Shown: positions 34,412-44,157 of the stretch, one piece after another
How the letters are laid out: every line of letters starts with the position of its first letter
Position numbering within the stretch: position 1 is the stretch's first letter
IMG/VR virus record: IMGVR_UViG_3300024358_000009
Coordinates: 1 to 64,000 of that record
Strand: one strand, 5' to 3'
Length of the DNA stretch: 64,000 nucleotides
The notes under the pieces: model-generated
The model's database searches: none
Told to the model about the DNA's origin: nothing
The model's input: the letters and a program-made list of their open reading frames with translations, nothing else
Program-made: the position numbers and the translations under genes

Positions 34412-34439
34412 TTGATATTGAAAATCTTTCTGATAGAAT
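34412..34439 (+). promoter_or_regulatory. possible sigma70-type promoter TTGATA-N16-TAGAAT with extended -10
   Basis: Intergenic; TGn precedes TAGAAT. Confidence 0.45.
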
Positions 34440-34465
34440 TTCTTTAGTCTTTTTAGGAGAAAGTC

Positions 34466-34726
34466 ATGTCTGACATTGCAAAAACGGTTAGTCCAGAACA
34501 AGTAGAAAAGTCTGTTCGCTTAATTGTATCTACTTTAAAGTGGGTTACTGCAATTATTCCTGGCGAAACAGATGACAAGATTGTAACTTCTTTGGTCAAA
34601 TTGACTGAAGAGCCTTGGTTTGTTTCTGCTATCACTTTCCTAATTAATAAATTTGATGGCGATACGAACAAGATTACAGCTGAAGATTTTATTCTTGCTG
34701 TAAAGAAGGCTCAAGGCCAAGCTTAA
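34466..34726 (+). CDS. hypothetical protein
   Basis: AGGAG RBS; amphipathic. Confidence 0.7.
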   Translation: MSDIAKTVSPEQVEKSVRLIVSTLKWVTAIIPGETDDKIVTSLVKLTEEPWFVSAITFLINKFDGDTNKITAEDFILAVKKAQGQA

Positions 34727-34872
34727 TGAAAAAAGCTTTGCTTAATATTCTATTTGATTTTTTAACTGTAGCTGCTTTTATGGCAGCTATAGTTGCGTTA
34801 ATGTATATATCAAATAAAATGCAACCGCATAAACATACCGATAAGTGCTTAATTGAGGAAAAATTAAAATGA
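34726..34872 (+). CDS. small single-TM protein (48 aa)
   Basis: Hand-translated MKKALLNILFDFLTVAAFMAAIVALMYII...; TAATG and ATGA couplings. Confidence 0.6.
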   Translation: MKKALLNILFDFLTVAAFMAAIVALMYISNKMQPHKHTDKCLIEEKLK

Positions 34873-35678
34873 AAATTATATATTCTTTGATTATTTTTTT
34901 AGCCTTTAGCTTAAATGTTTTTGCAGAAAAATTTGTAATCCCAGATCAAAAAATTGTTGGTGCTGAAACACCTATTCCTTTGGGTGAACTTGTAGATTTA
35001 TCTGTAAGTCCAATTAAAAGTCCACCACAGTATTTAGTAGAAACTACTTATACTTGGAAAGTATTGGATGGATATACAGAAAAAAGAGTTCGCCCATATG
35101 ATGGCGGGGTTTTCTTTGGTGCTGGTATTCAACCCAAAAAACTTAAAGCTTTTGTTGCTGTAACATATCTTTATATAGTTAAAGAACAGGATAAAATTGT
35201 TGAGTCTGCTGCAAAAACAGCATTTCTTTCAACTGATGTGTTGATTGGCACTGAGATTCCACCAGAGCCTGATCCAAATGTTCCAACACCAACTCCAAAT
35301 CCAGAACCTGATCCTACTTTTCCTGAAGGTAAGTACAACTTATCTAAATTTATTCATGAAATTACAAAAAATAAAATAAATCTTTCAAAGTCAGATAAAG
35401 CAAAACAAGCAAATGCTTTGGCCAAATCTTTTGATGGAATAGCTGCTGCTATTGCTGCTGGAACTATTGACGACCAAGAAGATATACTTAAAAAAACAGC
35501 AGAGGCTAATAGGTCTTCTATTCAAGCTGTTGGTGGTGATAAAATAAAATGGGAGCCAGTATTTACCGATATTCAAGAAAAACTTTTCGGTCTTTATAAA
35601 GATAACAAAATGGTAAGTAAGCAAGACTTTGCTATCGCTTGGCGTGAAATTGCTACCGGATTTAAATCTTTTAAATAA
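34869..35678 (+). CDS. secreted two-domain protein with Pro-rich linker
   Basis: Signal peptide MKIIYSLIIFLAFSLNVFA; PPEPDPNVPTPTPNPEPDP linker. Confidence 0.75.
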   Translation: MKIIYSLIIFLAFSLNVFAEKFVIPDQKIVGAETPIPLGELVDLSVSPIKSPPQYLVETTYTWKVLDGYTEKRVRPYDGGVFFGAGIQPKKLKAFVAVTYLYIVKEQDKIVESAAKTAFLSTDVLIGTEIPPEPDPNVPTPTPNPEPDPTFPEGKYNLSKFIHEITKNKINLSKSDKAKQANALAKSFDGIAAAIAAGTIDDQEDILKKTAEANRSSIQAVGGDKIKWEPVFTDIQEKLFGLYKDNKMVSKQDFAIAWREIATGFKSFK

Positions 35679-35689
35679 GGTGAATTAAA

Positions 35690-36640
35690 ATGTCTAGTAT
35701 TTCAGAACTTTATACAAATGGAAATGTTAATGGTTGGGCAGGAAAAGATAATCCAGAGTTTGTTAAAAATCAATTTGACTTAATCAAAGATGATGGATCG
35801 TTTAAACCATTAAAGATTTTTAGTGCAAGTCGTGACACTAAGGGCAAGAAACTTATGCTTTACGAAGTAACTCGTAAAGTACTTGGCAAAGATACAGAGA
35901 ATTATCCTCAAGAAATTGGCGATTGTGTTTCTTTTGGGGCGAAGAATGCTTGTGAATATTTGATGGCTACCGAAAAGCTTATGAAGGGTGATAGAGAAGA
36001 GTGGCAACCAGTTTTTCCGCCTTATCTTTATGGAACTGGAAGAGTGTTTATTGGAAGAGGGCAGTTAAATGGTAGCGATGGATCACTGGGAAGTTGGATG
36101 GCTGATGCTGTTATCAAGTATGGTGTTCTTCGTGCAAATTTTTCTGATGTACCGAAGTACTCAGGACGAGTAGCAAGTAAATGGGGTGACACTCCAGGCC
36201 CAGATAAAAAGTTTGTTGAAGAAGGAAAGCTTCATCCAGTAAAATCTGCTGCTCAAATTAAAAACTGGGATGATCTTCGTGATGCAATTATAAATGGATA
36301 TCCATGTACTACAGCTAGTGATATCGGTTATAGTATGGAACCATCATCTGACGGATTCCATCGCCAGACAGATAGTTGGGGTCATCAAATGTGTGTTATA
36401 GGTATTGATGATGGATACAAAAACGGTTCAGATCCTTATGCAATTATCCTCAATAGTTGGGGAGATTGTCATGGTCATCTTAAAGATTTTGATAATGGCG
36501 ATTCTCTTCCAGTTGGTGTTCTTCGTGTTCGCCGCAAGGACATGGAAAAACATATCAGACAAGAGGAAACATTTGCGTACTCAAACTTTGATGGATTCCC
36601 AGAACAGTTAATTGACAAAAAACTTTTCATGCTTATTTAA
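35690..36640 (+). CDS. papain-like (C1 family) cysteine peptidase
   Basis: QEIGDCVSFG (Gln, Cys), WGHQMCVIG (His), IILNSWG (Asn). Confidence 0.85.
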   Translation: MSSISELYTNGNVNGWAGKDNPEFVKNQFDLIKDDGSFKPLKIFSASRDTKGKKLMLYEVTRKVLGKDTENYPQEIGDCVSFGAKNACEYLMATEKLMKGDREEWQPVFPPYLYGTGRVFIGRGQLNGSDGSLGSWMADAVIKYGVLRANFSDVPKYSGRVASKWGDTPGPDKKFVEEGKLHPVKSAAQIKNWDDLRDAIINGYPCTTASDIGYSMEPSSDGFHRQTDSWGHQMCVIGIDDGYKNGSDPYAIILNSWGDCHGHLKDFDNGDSLPVGVLRVRRKDMEKHIRQEETFAYSNFDGFPEQLIDKKLFMLI

Positions 36641-36649
36641 GGAATTAAT

Positions 36650-37552
36650 ATGTCAGACAAAACAGAAGGTTTGCAATATGGTCGTCCAAAAAAAGATGAC
36701 CCAAGAAAAACACCAGCAAAGCCAGAAGATAAAAAGAAAGGTTCAAAAAAGAACCCTAAAGATTCTGCTAGTAAGCCAAATAAAAACATAAAAATGTCTT
36801 CTGACACAGAAGATAAAATTAGAAAATTAATGGAAGAACATAATAAAAAAGACCCAAAATTTAAAGCTAATATGGCACAGCTTAAAGCTGTATTTAGAAG
36901 AGGTGCTGGTGCTTTTTCTAGCAGTCATGCACCAGGAATGGATAGAACCAGATGGGGATTAAATAGAATTAAGGCTTTTCTTTATTTGCTTCGTAATGGT
37001 CGCCCATCAAATCCAAATTATAAACAAGACAATGATCTTTTGCCAGAAGGTCATCAAAGAAGTTCTAAAAAAGCAAAATCTGGGTATTTATATGAGTTGG
37101 TAGATTTTTCTGAAGTTTTACAATCAGTTAAGGAATCTTTAGATATGTATGATAATGAACAAAAAAAACATACCTCAAAAGCAAAATCTGACATTGAAAA
37201 TTATTATTCTAAATCCGCTGAATCATATGATGCTCCTCAAGCAGCAAGAAATAATGCAAGAAAAGTGTTAGAATGGAAAAGAAAATACGGAAAAGAGTGC
37301 AAGGGCATGACTCCTGTTGGTTGGGCTAGAGCTAGAGATTTAGCTGGTGGTGCTAAATTATCCGCTGATACTGTAAAAAGAATGGCTCAATTTAATCGTC
37401 ATCGTGGAAATTACGAAAAGGCTAAATCAAAACCAGAATATAAAACCAAACCTTGGACAATTCCAGCTGTAGTAGCATGGTTGGGATGGGGTGGAAATAC
37501 TGGTGTTGATTGGGCAATTCGTGTAAGCGAATCCCTTAGTAAGAAAAAATAA
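36650..37552 (+). CDS. two-domain conserved phage hypothetical protein
   Basis: LKAVFRRGAGAF...RWG..RI.AF and T.VGWARA..LA....LS..TVKRM...AW..WGG modules. Confidence 0.65.
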   Translation: MSDKTEGLQYGRPKKDDPRKTPAKPEDKKKGSKKNPKDSASKPNKNIKMSSDTEDKIRKLMEEHNKKDPKFKANMAQLKAVFRRGAGAFSSSHAPGMDRTRWGLNRIKAFLYLLRNGRPSNPNYKQDNDLLPEGHQRSSKKAKSGYLYELVDFSEVLQSVKESLDMYDNEQKKHTSKAKSDIENYYSKSAESYDAPQAARNNARKVLEWKRKYGKECKGMTPVGWARARDLAGGAKLSADTVKRMAQFNRHRGNYEKAKSKPEYKTKPWTIPAVVAWLGWGGNTGVDWAIRVSESLSKKK

Positions 37553-38214
37553 TGCATGTATATTATAGACTGAGCGATAATAGCTATAAAAAGCCAAAAA
37601 TGTGTGGTAAAGACAAGTGTTTGTCTAATTTCATGCATTTGTTTAAGAAATGTTCTAAAACTTTTTTAGCTGATAATGTTAAAGATGAAGATACATTTTC
37701 TTTGCTAAAAGATGTACCTTATCAAAATACATCTCTTGGAAATGCCGGTTCTTTTATGGCTTGTGTAGAAGACGCTATATCTAGATTTAGCGATGATAAA
37801 GTTGTTTATTTTTTAGAAGACGACTATTTGCATAATGGAAATGTAATAGAGGCATTAGAAGAAGGTTTAAGCATAGCCGAATATGCAACTTTATATGATC
37901 ATCCAGATAAATATAGTCAACTGTACGAATTCGGAGAAATAACTAAGGTTTTAAGAAAGAAGTATCATTGGAAATATACTATATCTACAACAATGACTTT
38001 TGCTACTAAAGTAGGAACTTTAAAAGATGATTATGAATGTTTTTTTAAGTGGACTAGACAGTTTCATCCTTTTGACCATCAAATATTCTTAGATATTAAT
38101 AAGAAGTCGAAAAAACTCGTAAGTTGTATCCCAGGAATGTCTATTCATACAGACTTAACAGTGTATAGTAATATAGATAAGTCGTACATAGACAACTGGG
38201 TGCATCATGTATGA
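37552..38214 (+). CDS. putative glycosyltransferase (GT-A)
   Basis: GNAGSF, VYFLEDDYLH, YDHPDKY. Confidence 0.7.
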   Translation: MHVYYRLSDNSYKKPKMCGKDKCLSNFMHLFKKCSKTFLADNVKDEDTFSLLKDVPYQNTSLGNAGSFMACVEDAISRFSDDKVVYFLEDDYLHNGNVIEALEEGLSIAEYATLYDHPDKYSQLYEFGEITKVLRKKYHWKYTISTTMTFATKVGTLKDDYECFFKWTRQFHPFDHQIFLDINKKSKKLVSCIPGMSIHTDLTVYSNIDKSYIDNWVHHV

Positions 38215-38380
38215 AGTAATACTTTCTTTTGCGATAGCACTAAGTAAAGATTCTTTCAATTTAATAGAAGACAAAAAAATTTTTATAAAACAAGAAGAAA
38301 TAAAATCAAACAGTCGTGAATGGATTTATGACAGGAACAAAAATACTTGGAAAGTATTTAGAGATAGGTGTTTTACCTGA
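38207..38380 (+). CDS. hypothetical protein (57 aa)
   Basis: Hand-translated MYEVILSFAIAL...; fills gap. Confidence 0.45.
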   Translation: MYEVILSFAIALSKDSFNLIEDKKIFIKQEEIKSNSREWIYDRNKNTWKVFRDRCFT

Positions 38381-38393
38381 AGGTAAGTGAATC

Positions 38394-38756
38394 ATGCGGT
38401 CGCATGAAAAACTAAAAGAAATTTATTTAAAATCTGATATTATAAAAAAATATGATGCCATTGGCATTATAACAATACTTACTATTATAAGTTTGACGAT
38501 ACAAGCAATAAAAATACTAAAGGCTTGTCAATCTCCAAAAGGAGTGGCATTAATTATTAAAGCTGGCGGTCCTTTAGTTCGTTTATTTGTAAGAAGAAAT
38601 ATATATAAATCAATGATAAAGTCTGGTGTTTCTGCTGAAGATGCTAAAATACTATCTGAAAACATGACAGATCTTATACAAGAATTAAGTTTAGAAGAAT
38701 TAGAAGATTTAATCACAATTGTTTTTGAAGAAAATGAAGAGATTGAAAATGAATGA
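38394..38756 (+). CDS. hypothetical membrane protein
   Basis: IGIITILTIISLTIQAI hydrophobic segment. Confidence 0.6.
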   Translation: MRSHEKLKEIYLKSDIIKKYDAIGIITILTIISLTIQAIKILKACQSPKGVALIIKAGGPLVRLFVRRNIYKSMIKSGVSAEDAKILSENMTDLIQELSLEELEDLITIVFEENEEIENE

Positions 38757-38928
38757 TTATTATATTTTTAATAGATATGCACCAGTAAATAAAGTTAGTG
38801 TTAAGTGTTCTTTTTGCAAATTATCTCATTTTATTGATAAAGAAATATTTGAAAAAAAAGAAGAAATAAATTGTGTTCATTGTAATTCTAAATTAACTTT
38901 TTTCTCTAAAGACAATTCTGTAAATTAG
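38749..38928 (+). CDS. Zn-ribbon protein
   Basis: CSFC and CVHC. Confidence 0.6.
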   Translation: MNDYYIFNRYAPVNKVSVKCSFCKLSHFIDKEIFEKKEEINCVHCNSKLTFFSKDNSVN

Positions 38929-39031
38929 TTAAGAATTTTCTGATTTCTTAATTGCCATCTTTAAAGAGATGGTGTAAAAATTCCAGTCCAAACTTATTGT
39001 CGAAAACCACATTTAAGGTGAGTGTCTTATC

Positions 39032-41320
39032 ATGTCAACAAAAGAGTTGCAAAAGTATACCGCTGTTTCTAAGTATGCAAGATGGATTGAAAAAGAACAA
39101 CGCAGAGAAACTTGGGAAGAAAGTGTTGATCGTGTTAAAAACATGATGATTGAAGCTTACCCACTTCTTGCAAAAGACATTGAAAAATATTATGGAATGA
39201 TCAAAGATCAAAAAATATTAGGTTCTCAACGAGCTTTGCAGTTTGGCGGAAAACCAATTTTTAAGCATAATGCCAGAATATACAACTGTTCAGCAAGCTA
39301 TTGTGATAGATTACGCTTTTTCCAAGAGTGTTTTTATTTGCTTTTATGCGGTTCTGGTACTGGTTTTAGCGTTCAAAAACATCATGTTGAGCTACTACCG
39401 TCTTTTTCAGAATTAAGGCTTAATAACTCAATTATTAAGCACCAAACCTATATTGTAGAAGATTCTATTGAAGGATGGGCGAACGCTCTCGGTGTCTTGT
39501 TATCATCTTATTTTGAAAAACCTGTTAAAGAATTTGATCAATTTAAAGACATTAATATTCATTTTGATTACTCAAAAATTAGAAAAAAGGGCGAACCTTT
39601 AGGTTTTGGTATAGGCAAAGCTCCTGGCCATGAACCTCTTCAAAAAGCCATTGAAAATATAAAAAACTTACTTGATAGATGCATAGCTGATAAACAATCA
39701 AAATTAAGAACTATTGACGCTTTTGATATAGTTATGCACTCGGCAGACGCTGTTATTAGTGGCGGTGTTCGTAGATCAGCCACTATTGCTCTTTTCTCTG
39801 CTGATGATGAATTGATGATTAATGCAAAAACAGGAGATTGGTTTTTTACTAATCCACAAAGAGGAAGGGCAAACATATCCGCTCTACTTCATCGTAAACA
39901 CACAAGTAAAGAAACTTTTGATAATTTATTTAAAGCAACAAAAGAGTTTGGTGAGCCAGGATTCTTTTGGGCGGATTTGTACGATGCTTTGTGTAATCCT
40001 TGTGTTGAAATTAGTTGGGTAACTAGATCTTATTATAAGAAAGATAGCGATGAACTTAAGCTTGCATTACTTGATTATGATGGTCCAATCACTACAAAAG
40101 AAAATTGCAAAGATGAAATGTCAGATAGCGATGTTGGCCTTTCAGGTTGGGGTTTTTGCAATTTGTCTACTATTAATGGCAAGACTATAACTTCAGTTGA
40201 AGATTTTTACCAAAGATGTGAAGCTGCTTCTTTTATTGGCACTCTTCAAGCCTCTTTTACAAACTTTCCATATCTAGGTAAAGTAACTGAAAATATTGCA
40301 AGAAGAGAGGCGTTGTTGGGCGTTTCTATTAATGGAATGCAGCACCACGCTGATATTTTATTAAATCCAGAAATTCAACAAAATGGTGCAAAAATAGTCA
40401 GACAGACAAATGAGAAGTACGCAAAAATATTAAATATTAATCCAGCAGCTAGAACTACATGCGTAAAACCAGAAGGTAATTCTGCTTGTTTACTTGGTTC
40501 TACTTCCGGCATTCATCCAGATCATAGTAAAAGATATTTTAGAATTGTTCAAGCAAACAAAGGCGAAGCACCTTATCAGTTTTTTAAATCTAAAAATCCA
40601 CAGGCTTGCGAAGAGTCTGTTTGGTCTGCAAACAAGACTGATGATTGCATAAGATTTTGTGTAGATAGTCAAGATGGCACAAAACTTAAGAGTCAAATAA
40701 ATGCAATTAATATGCTGGATACAGTTGTGTCTACATATAATAACTGGGTTGTTCCAGGCAAAAACGATGACCTTTGTGTTAGAAAAGAAATTAATCACAA
40801 TGTTTCAAACACAATTCATGTAGATTCTCATGAGTGGGAAAGTGTTTGCGATTATATTTTTAACAATAGGAATTATTTGGCTGGTATTTCTTTAATAGCT
40901 TCTAGTGGCGACAAAGATTACGAACAAGCTCCTTTTACAGCTGTTTATACATACGAAGAACAAGAAGAGATGTATGGCAAAGAAGCTGTTTCTGTTGCTA
41001 GAGAAATACAAGATAAGTTTTCGGATTATGGTTTTCCATCTTTATGGACTGCTTGCTCTTGTGCTTTAGGATATTTTGATCCGAAAACAGAAAGCGAAAA
41101 AAGTTATAAAAATATAATTATAAATTTTTCTAATTCTCATTTTAATGGTGATATAAAAAAGACTACATATGCTCTTAAAGATTCTTATAACATTGTTCTT
41201 TGGAATTCTTTAAAAGAAAGTTATATTAATGTAGAATATAAAGACATGTATGAAGAAAGTTCTACAATAAATGTTCAAAGCGAACTAGCTTGTGCTGGTG
41301 GTTCTTGCTTAACTCAATAG
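39032..41320 (+). CDS. nrdJ: class II adenosylcobalamin-dependent ribonucleotide reductase (RTPR type)
   Basis: GGVRRSA, NPCVEI, CNLSTI, TTCVKPEGN, GIHP, C-terminal ACAGGSC. Confidence 0.93.
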   Translation: MSTKELQKYTAVSKYARWIEKEQRRETWEESVDRVKNMMIEAYPLLAKDIEKYYGMIKDQKILGSQRALQFGGKPIFKHNARIYNCSASYCDRLRFFQECFYLLLCGSGTGFSVQKHHVELLPSFSELRLNNSIIKHQTYIVEDSIEGWANALGVLLSSYFEKPVKEFDQFKDINIHFDYSKIRKKGEPLGFGIGKAPGHEPLQKAIENIKNLLDRCIADKQSKLRTIDAFDIVMHSADAVISGGVRRSATIALFSADDELMINAKTGDWFFTNPQRGRANISALLHRKHTSKETFDNLFKATKEFGEPGFFWADLYDALCNPCVEISWVTRSYYKKDSDELKLALLDYDGPITTKENCKDEMSDSDVGLSGWGFCNLSTINGKTITSVEDFYQRCEAASFIGTLQASFTNFPYLGKVTENIARREALLGVSINGMQHHADILLNPEIQQNGAKIVRQTNEKYAKILNINPAARTTCVKPEGNSACLLGSTSGIHPDHSKRYFRIVQANKGEAPYQFFKSKNPQACEESVWSANKTDDCIRFCVDSQDGTKLKSQINAINMLDTVVSTYNNWVVPGKNDDLCVRKEINHNVSNTIHVDSHEWESVCDYIFNNRNYLAGISLIASSGDKDYEQAPFTAVYTYEEQEEMYGKEAVSVAREIQDKFSDYGFPSLWTACSCALGYFDPKTESEKSYKNIIINFSNSHFNGDIKKTTYALKDSYNIVLWNSLKESYINVEYKDMYEESSTINVQSELACAGGSCLTQ

Positions 41321-41330
41321 AAAGATAATT

Positions 41331-42353
41331 ATGGACATTAAACAATCGATTAGAAATGATCTTAGAAAATGGAAAATAGAACAAGCCCAAATAGATCCAT
41401 TTGGATATTGTAATGCAAAATGCTGGTTTTGTCCTGTTAGATATTCTCCAAATCCATCTGAAGGAAAAGTTCAGATGCCGATTGAATTATTTGAAAAAAT
41501 AATCTTGGAAATAATATCAGAAAGATCAAGGCCAGACGGAATAATCTCTCCAAAGTTTAATGGTTTATATACAGCACATTACAACGAAGTGTTGTTGTAT
41601 AAACATTTTGAGCAAATGTTAGATATTTTAAGCAGACATAATTTATACACAATGATTTTGTCAAATGGTATAAATTTAACTCCAAACAAAACAGATATAA
41701 TCAAAAAATACCAAAGAATAATTAGCGGTATATGTTTAAACATACCAGCTTTTGAGCCTGATCTATGGGAAAAAAGATCTGGTATTAATAAAGAGAAGTT
41801 TCCACAACTATTAGAGAATATAAATTACGCAAGAGAAAATTTAAAAAATATGGTTACTAACAAAGCTTTTTCTATTCAAATAAATGGTATAGATGAAACA
41901 AGTAAATTTCAAAATAATGGATGGCTTGAGATTGGGTTTGATGCACCTGATTTTAGACCAAACGAAAATGAAGAACAACTTAGATTGGCACAAAGACTTT
42001 TTCCAGAAGTAAACTCTTTTAAAGTTCCTCATTTAATTGATCGTGCCGGAAAATTACATCAGCTAGGAATTATTTCTAATAAAAAGGCTATAGACAGACA
42101 TTTAAAAAAGAAGCGTGTAGTTGGATGTTTTCATGGTGGTGAAATAGGCGGAAGACCATTTGGTTATTTGCATGTAAACGCTGCTGGAAATTTATTTTTA
42201 TGTTGTCATGATTATGATTTTGATACAGTTTTCGGAAATTTAAATGAAAATTCTATGAGAGAAATATGGTTCTCTGAAAGACATGTTGATGTAATTGAAA
42301 ATTCGTTTAATAAGTTTTGTACCAATTGTGCTTCATCAAAATGGTCGGAGTAG
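41331..42353 (+). CDS. radical SAM protein with SPASM/twitch domain
   Basis: CNAKCWFC; GC...HVNAAGNLFLCCHD...FGNL...EIW...CTNC. Confidence 0.9.
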   Translation: MDIKQSIRNDLRKWKIEQAQIDPFGYCNAKCWFCPVRYSPNPSEGKVQMPIELFEKIILEIISERSRPDGIISPKFNGLYTAHYNEVLLYKHFEQMLDILSRHNLYTMILSNGINLTPNKTDIIKKYQRIISGICLNIPAFEPDLWEKRSGINKEKFPQLLENINYARENLKNMVTNKAFSIQINGIDETSKFQNNGWLEIGFDAPDFRPNENEEQLRLAQRLFPEVNSFKVPHLIDRAGKLHQLGIISNKKAIDRHLKKKRVVGCFHGGEIGGRPFGYLHVNAAGNLFLCCHDYDFDTVFGNLNENSMREIWFSERHVDVIENSFNKFCTNCASSKWSE

Positions 42354-42356
42354 TTT

Positions 42357-42593
42357 ATGGAAAAATCATTTTCTATTGGCGATATAGTAGTTTTAAAATC
42401 TGGTGGATTGCCAATGACTGTATTAAATATACATCCTGAATCTCAAGAAGTTTTGGTTGCTTATTTTGATTTGGATGGTAATGTTATGCGTGATGGTTTT
42501 CCTCCAGAATCAATTGAATTAAGCGAAACACGATGGGATATAAATTTTTGTGTTGATGTAGATCAAGATGAAGATGAAAATGAGTGGGAATAA
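42357..42593 (+). CDS. YodC / DUF2158 family protein
   Basis: FSIGDIVVLKSGGLPMTV...FP.E.I. Confidence 0.8.
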   Translation: MEKSFSIGDIVVLKSGGLPMTVLNIHPESQEVLVAYFDLDGNVMRDGFPPESIELSETRWDINFCVDVDQDEDENEWE

Positions 42594-42595
42594 AT

Positions 42596-42976
42596 ATGCC
42601 TACATATGAATATAAATGCGATGCTTGTCAACACTCTTTTGAAATAGAACAAAGCATTCATTCAAAACATAAAAAAACATGCCCTAAATGCAAGAAGAAG
42701 AAATTATATCAAGTATTTGGAACTCCCTATGTTTATTGTTATAATGTTACTACAATAGGACAATGGGCAGAAAAAAACGCAAAAACCAAAGGAAAAGGAA
42801 AAGACCAAAAATCAATGCGAGAAAAAATCGCAGACGCTGGAATACAAAAAAAAGAAAGCGTAGGAAATAAACCTTGGTGGAGATCTGGTGAAGTTAAAGG
42901 ATTGCAAAAAATGGATAAGCCATTAGATTTAAAAAAAGTTAAAGATACAAAAAAATATATAGAGGAAGGAAAATGA
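42596..42976 (+). CDS. FmdB-family Zn-ribbon protein
   Basis: MPTYEYKCDAC.H.FE..Q......CPKC. Confidence 0.85.
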   Translation: MPTYEYKCDACQHSFEIEQSIHSKHKKTCPKCKKKKLYQVFGTPYVYCYNVTTIGQWAEKNAKTKGKGKDQKSMREKIADAGIQKKESVGNKPWWRSGEVKGLQKMDKPLDLKKVKDTKKYIEEGK

Positions 42977-43215
42977 ATAACAATCCATTTAAAATGCCAA
43001 AACCAGAAAGTGATCCAACCAAACCACATACAGCTATGATTATTGTTTATTATTCAACACATCAAAAAGATGAACAAAATAGAGTTAGTGGAATTCCTAT
43101 AGAATATCAACACAAAGAATTTTATATTAACGCAGAAGATAAGTCTATTTGTGATAGAAAAGTTGGCGAACTACTAGAAATGATTGGTGGACTATGCTCA
43201 AAAGAACCGAAATAA
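42973..43215 (+). CDS. hypothetical protein
   Basis: ATGA coupling. Confidence 0.6.
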   Translation: MNNNPFKMPKPESDPTKPHTAMIIVYYSTHQKDEQNRVSGIPIEYQHKEFYINAEDKSICDRKVGELLEMIGGLCSKEPK

Positions 43216-43523
43216 ATATTGGGTCAGAACCAGTACTAAGTGACAATGGACATGTATATTTAAGCTGCTCTTCTTGCAATAAGAAGTTAGTAGATTTATT
43301 TATTGTTAAAAAAGACGACACCTTGAATTGGAAAACAGTAGCAAAATGTTGTTACTGTGGCGATAAATCTTTTATTACAGAAGTAAGCGGTATGTTTAGA
43401 CCTTGTGGAATAATGGAAATATCAGAAAAAGATCCAGACGAATCAAAAATGATAACAGAATTAACAAATGTAAAAACAGAAAATGACATAATTGTTTTTT
43501 ATACAGTAAAGGCTAAAAAATGA
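43194..43523 (+). CDS. Zn-binding hypothetical protein
   Basis: CSSC and CCYC. Confidence 0.6.
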   Translation: MLKRTEINIGSEPVLSDNGHVYLSCSSCNKKLVDLFIVKKDDTLNWKTVAKCCYCGDKSFITEVSGMFRPCGIMEISEKDPDESKMITELTNVKTENDIIVFYTVKAKK

Positions 43524-43864
43524 ACGAAGAATATATAGATCACAAAACAAATGTTACTGGTGTTAACTTTGAAAATAAAGAAGTTAATCCACAAGATTGG
43601 TCTTGTGTTGCTAAAGTATCTACAACTGAACCAAGTAATCTAACAAGATTCTTTATTCGTGTTTGCACAGACGGACCAGATAATGGTTTGTTTTATAATC
43701 CTTTAGTGCATCCACAATCAGATTTAAAAAGATTTGATGCTTTTAAGGGCAGAAAGAGATTTGATTTCAAATCAGTTAATAAAGAATCTTACGACTTATA
43801 CCTAGACTTCTTACAAACTAAAAATCCAAGTTTGTTAAAAAACGCAGAAAGGATGAGTGTTTAA
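43520..43864 (+). CDS. hypothetical protein
   Basis: ATGA coupling. Confidence 0.65.
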   Translation: MNEEYIDHKTNVTGVNFENKEVNPQDWSCVAKVSTTEPSNLTRFFIRVCTDGPDNGLFYNPLVHPQSDLKRFDAFKGRKRFDFKSVNKESYDLYLDFLQTKNPSLLKNAERMSV

Positions 43865-44157
43865 TGGCTAAGAAAAAAAGTTTACAATTAAATGATGTGC
43901 AAAAAATTATCATAGAAAAGTGTTGTGATCAACTAACATTAGAACAACTTTCAGAAGTATTTAATTTTCATCCAGATGTTATAAAAGATTTTTATGATAA
44001 ATCGAATAAGAAGAAAAGTCTTAAATTTGATGAAAAAAATGGATCTGTTTCTATGACACAGGCACAATCTATGAATGACGATGCAATAAAGCATGAAAAT
44101 CATAGCATTTTTAATTCGCCTAAATACAAAGATTGCATTCACAGGACTGATCAATGA
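43864..44157 (+). CDS. hypothetical protein
   Basis: TAATG coupling. Confidence 0.6.
   Translation: MAKKKSLQLNDVQKIIIEKCCDQLTLEQLSEVFNFHPDVIKDFYDKSNKKKSLKFDEKNGSVSMTQAQSMNDDAIKHENHSIFNSPKYKDCIHRTDQ
43982..44010 (+). promoter_or_regulatory. intragenic copy of promoter motif TAAA-N17-CGAATAAG
   Basis: Exact spacing; upstream of recombination genes. Confidence 0.45.

Noticed and set aside
38929-39031. Cobalamin riboswitch or NrdR box upstream of nrdJ
   Set aside because: Only about 100 nt with short hairpins; no B12-box or convincing NrdR palindrome seen
41331-42353. NrdG-type RNR activase
   Set aside because: Neighbouring RNR is class II, and the protein has a SPASM-type extension unlike NrdG
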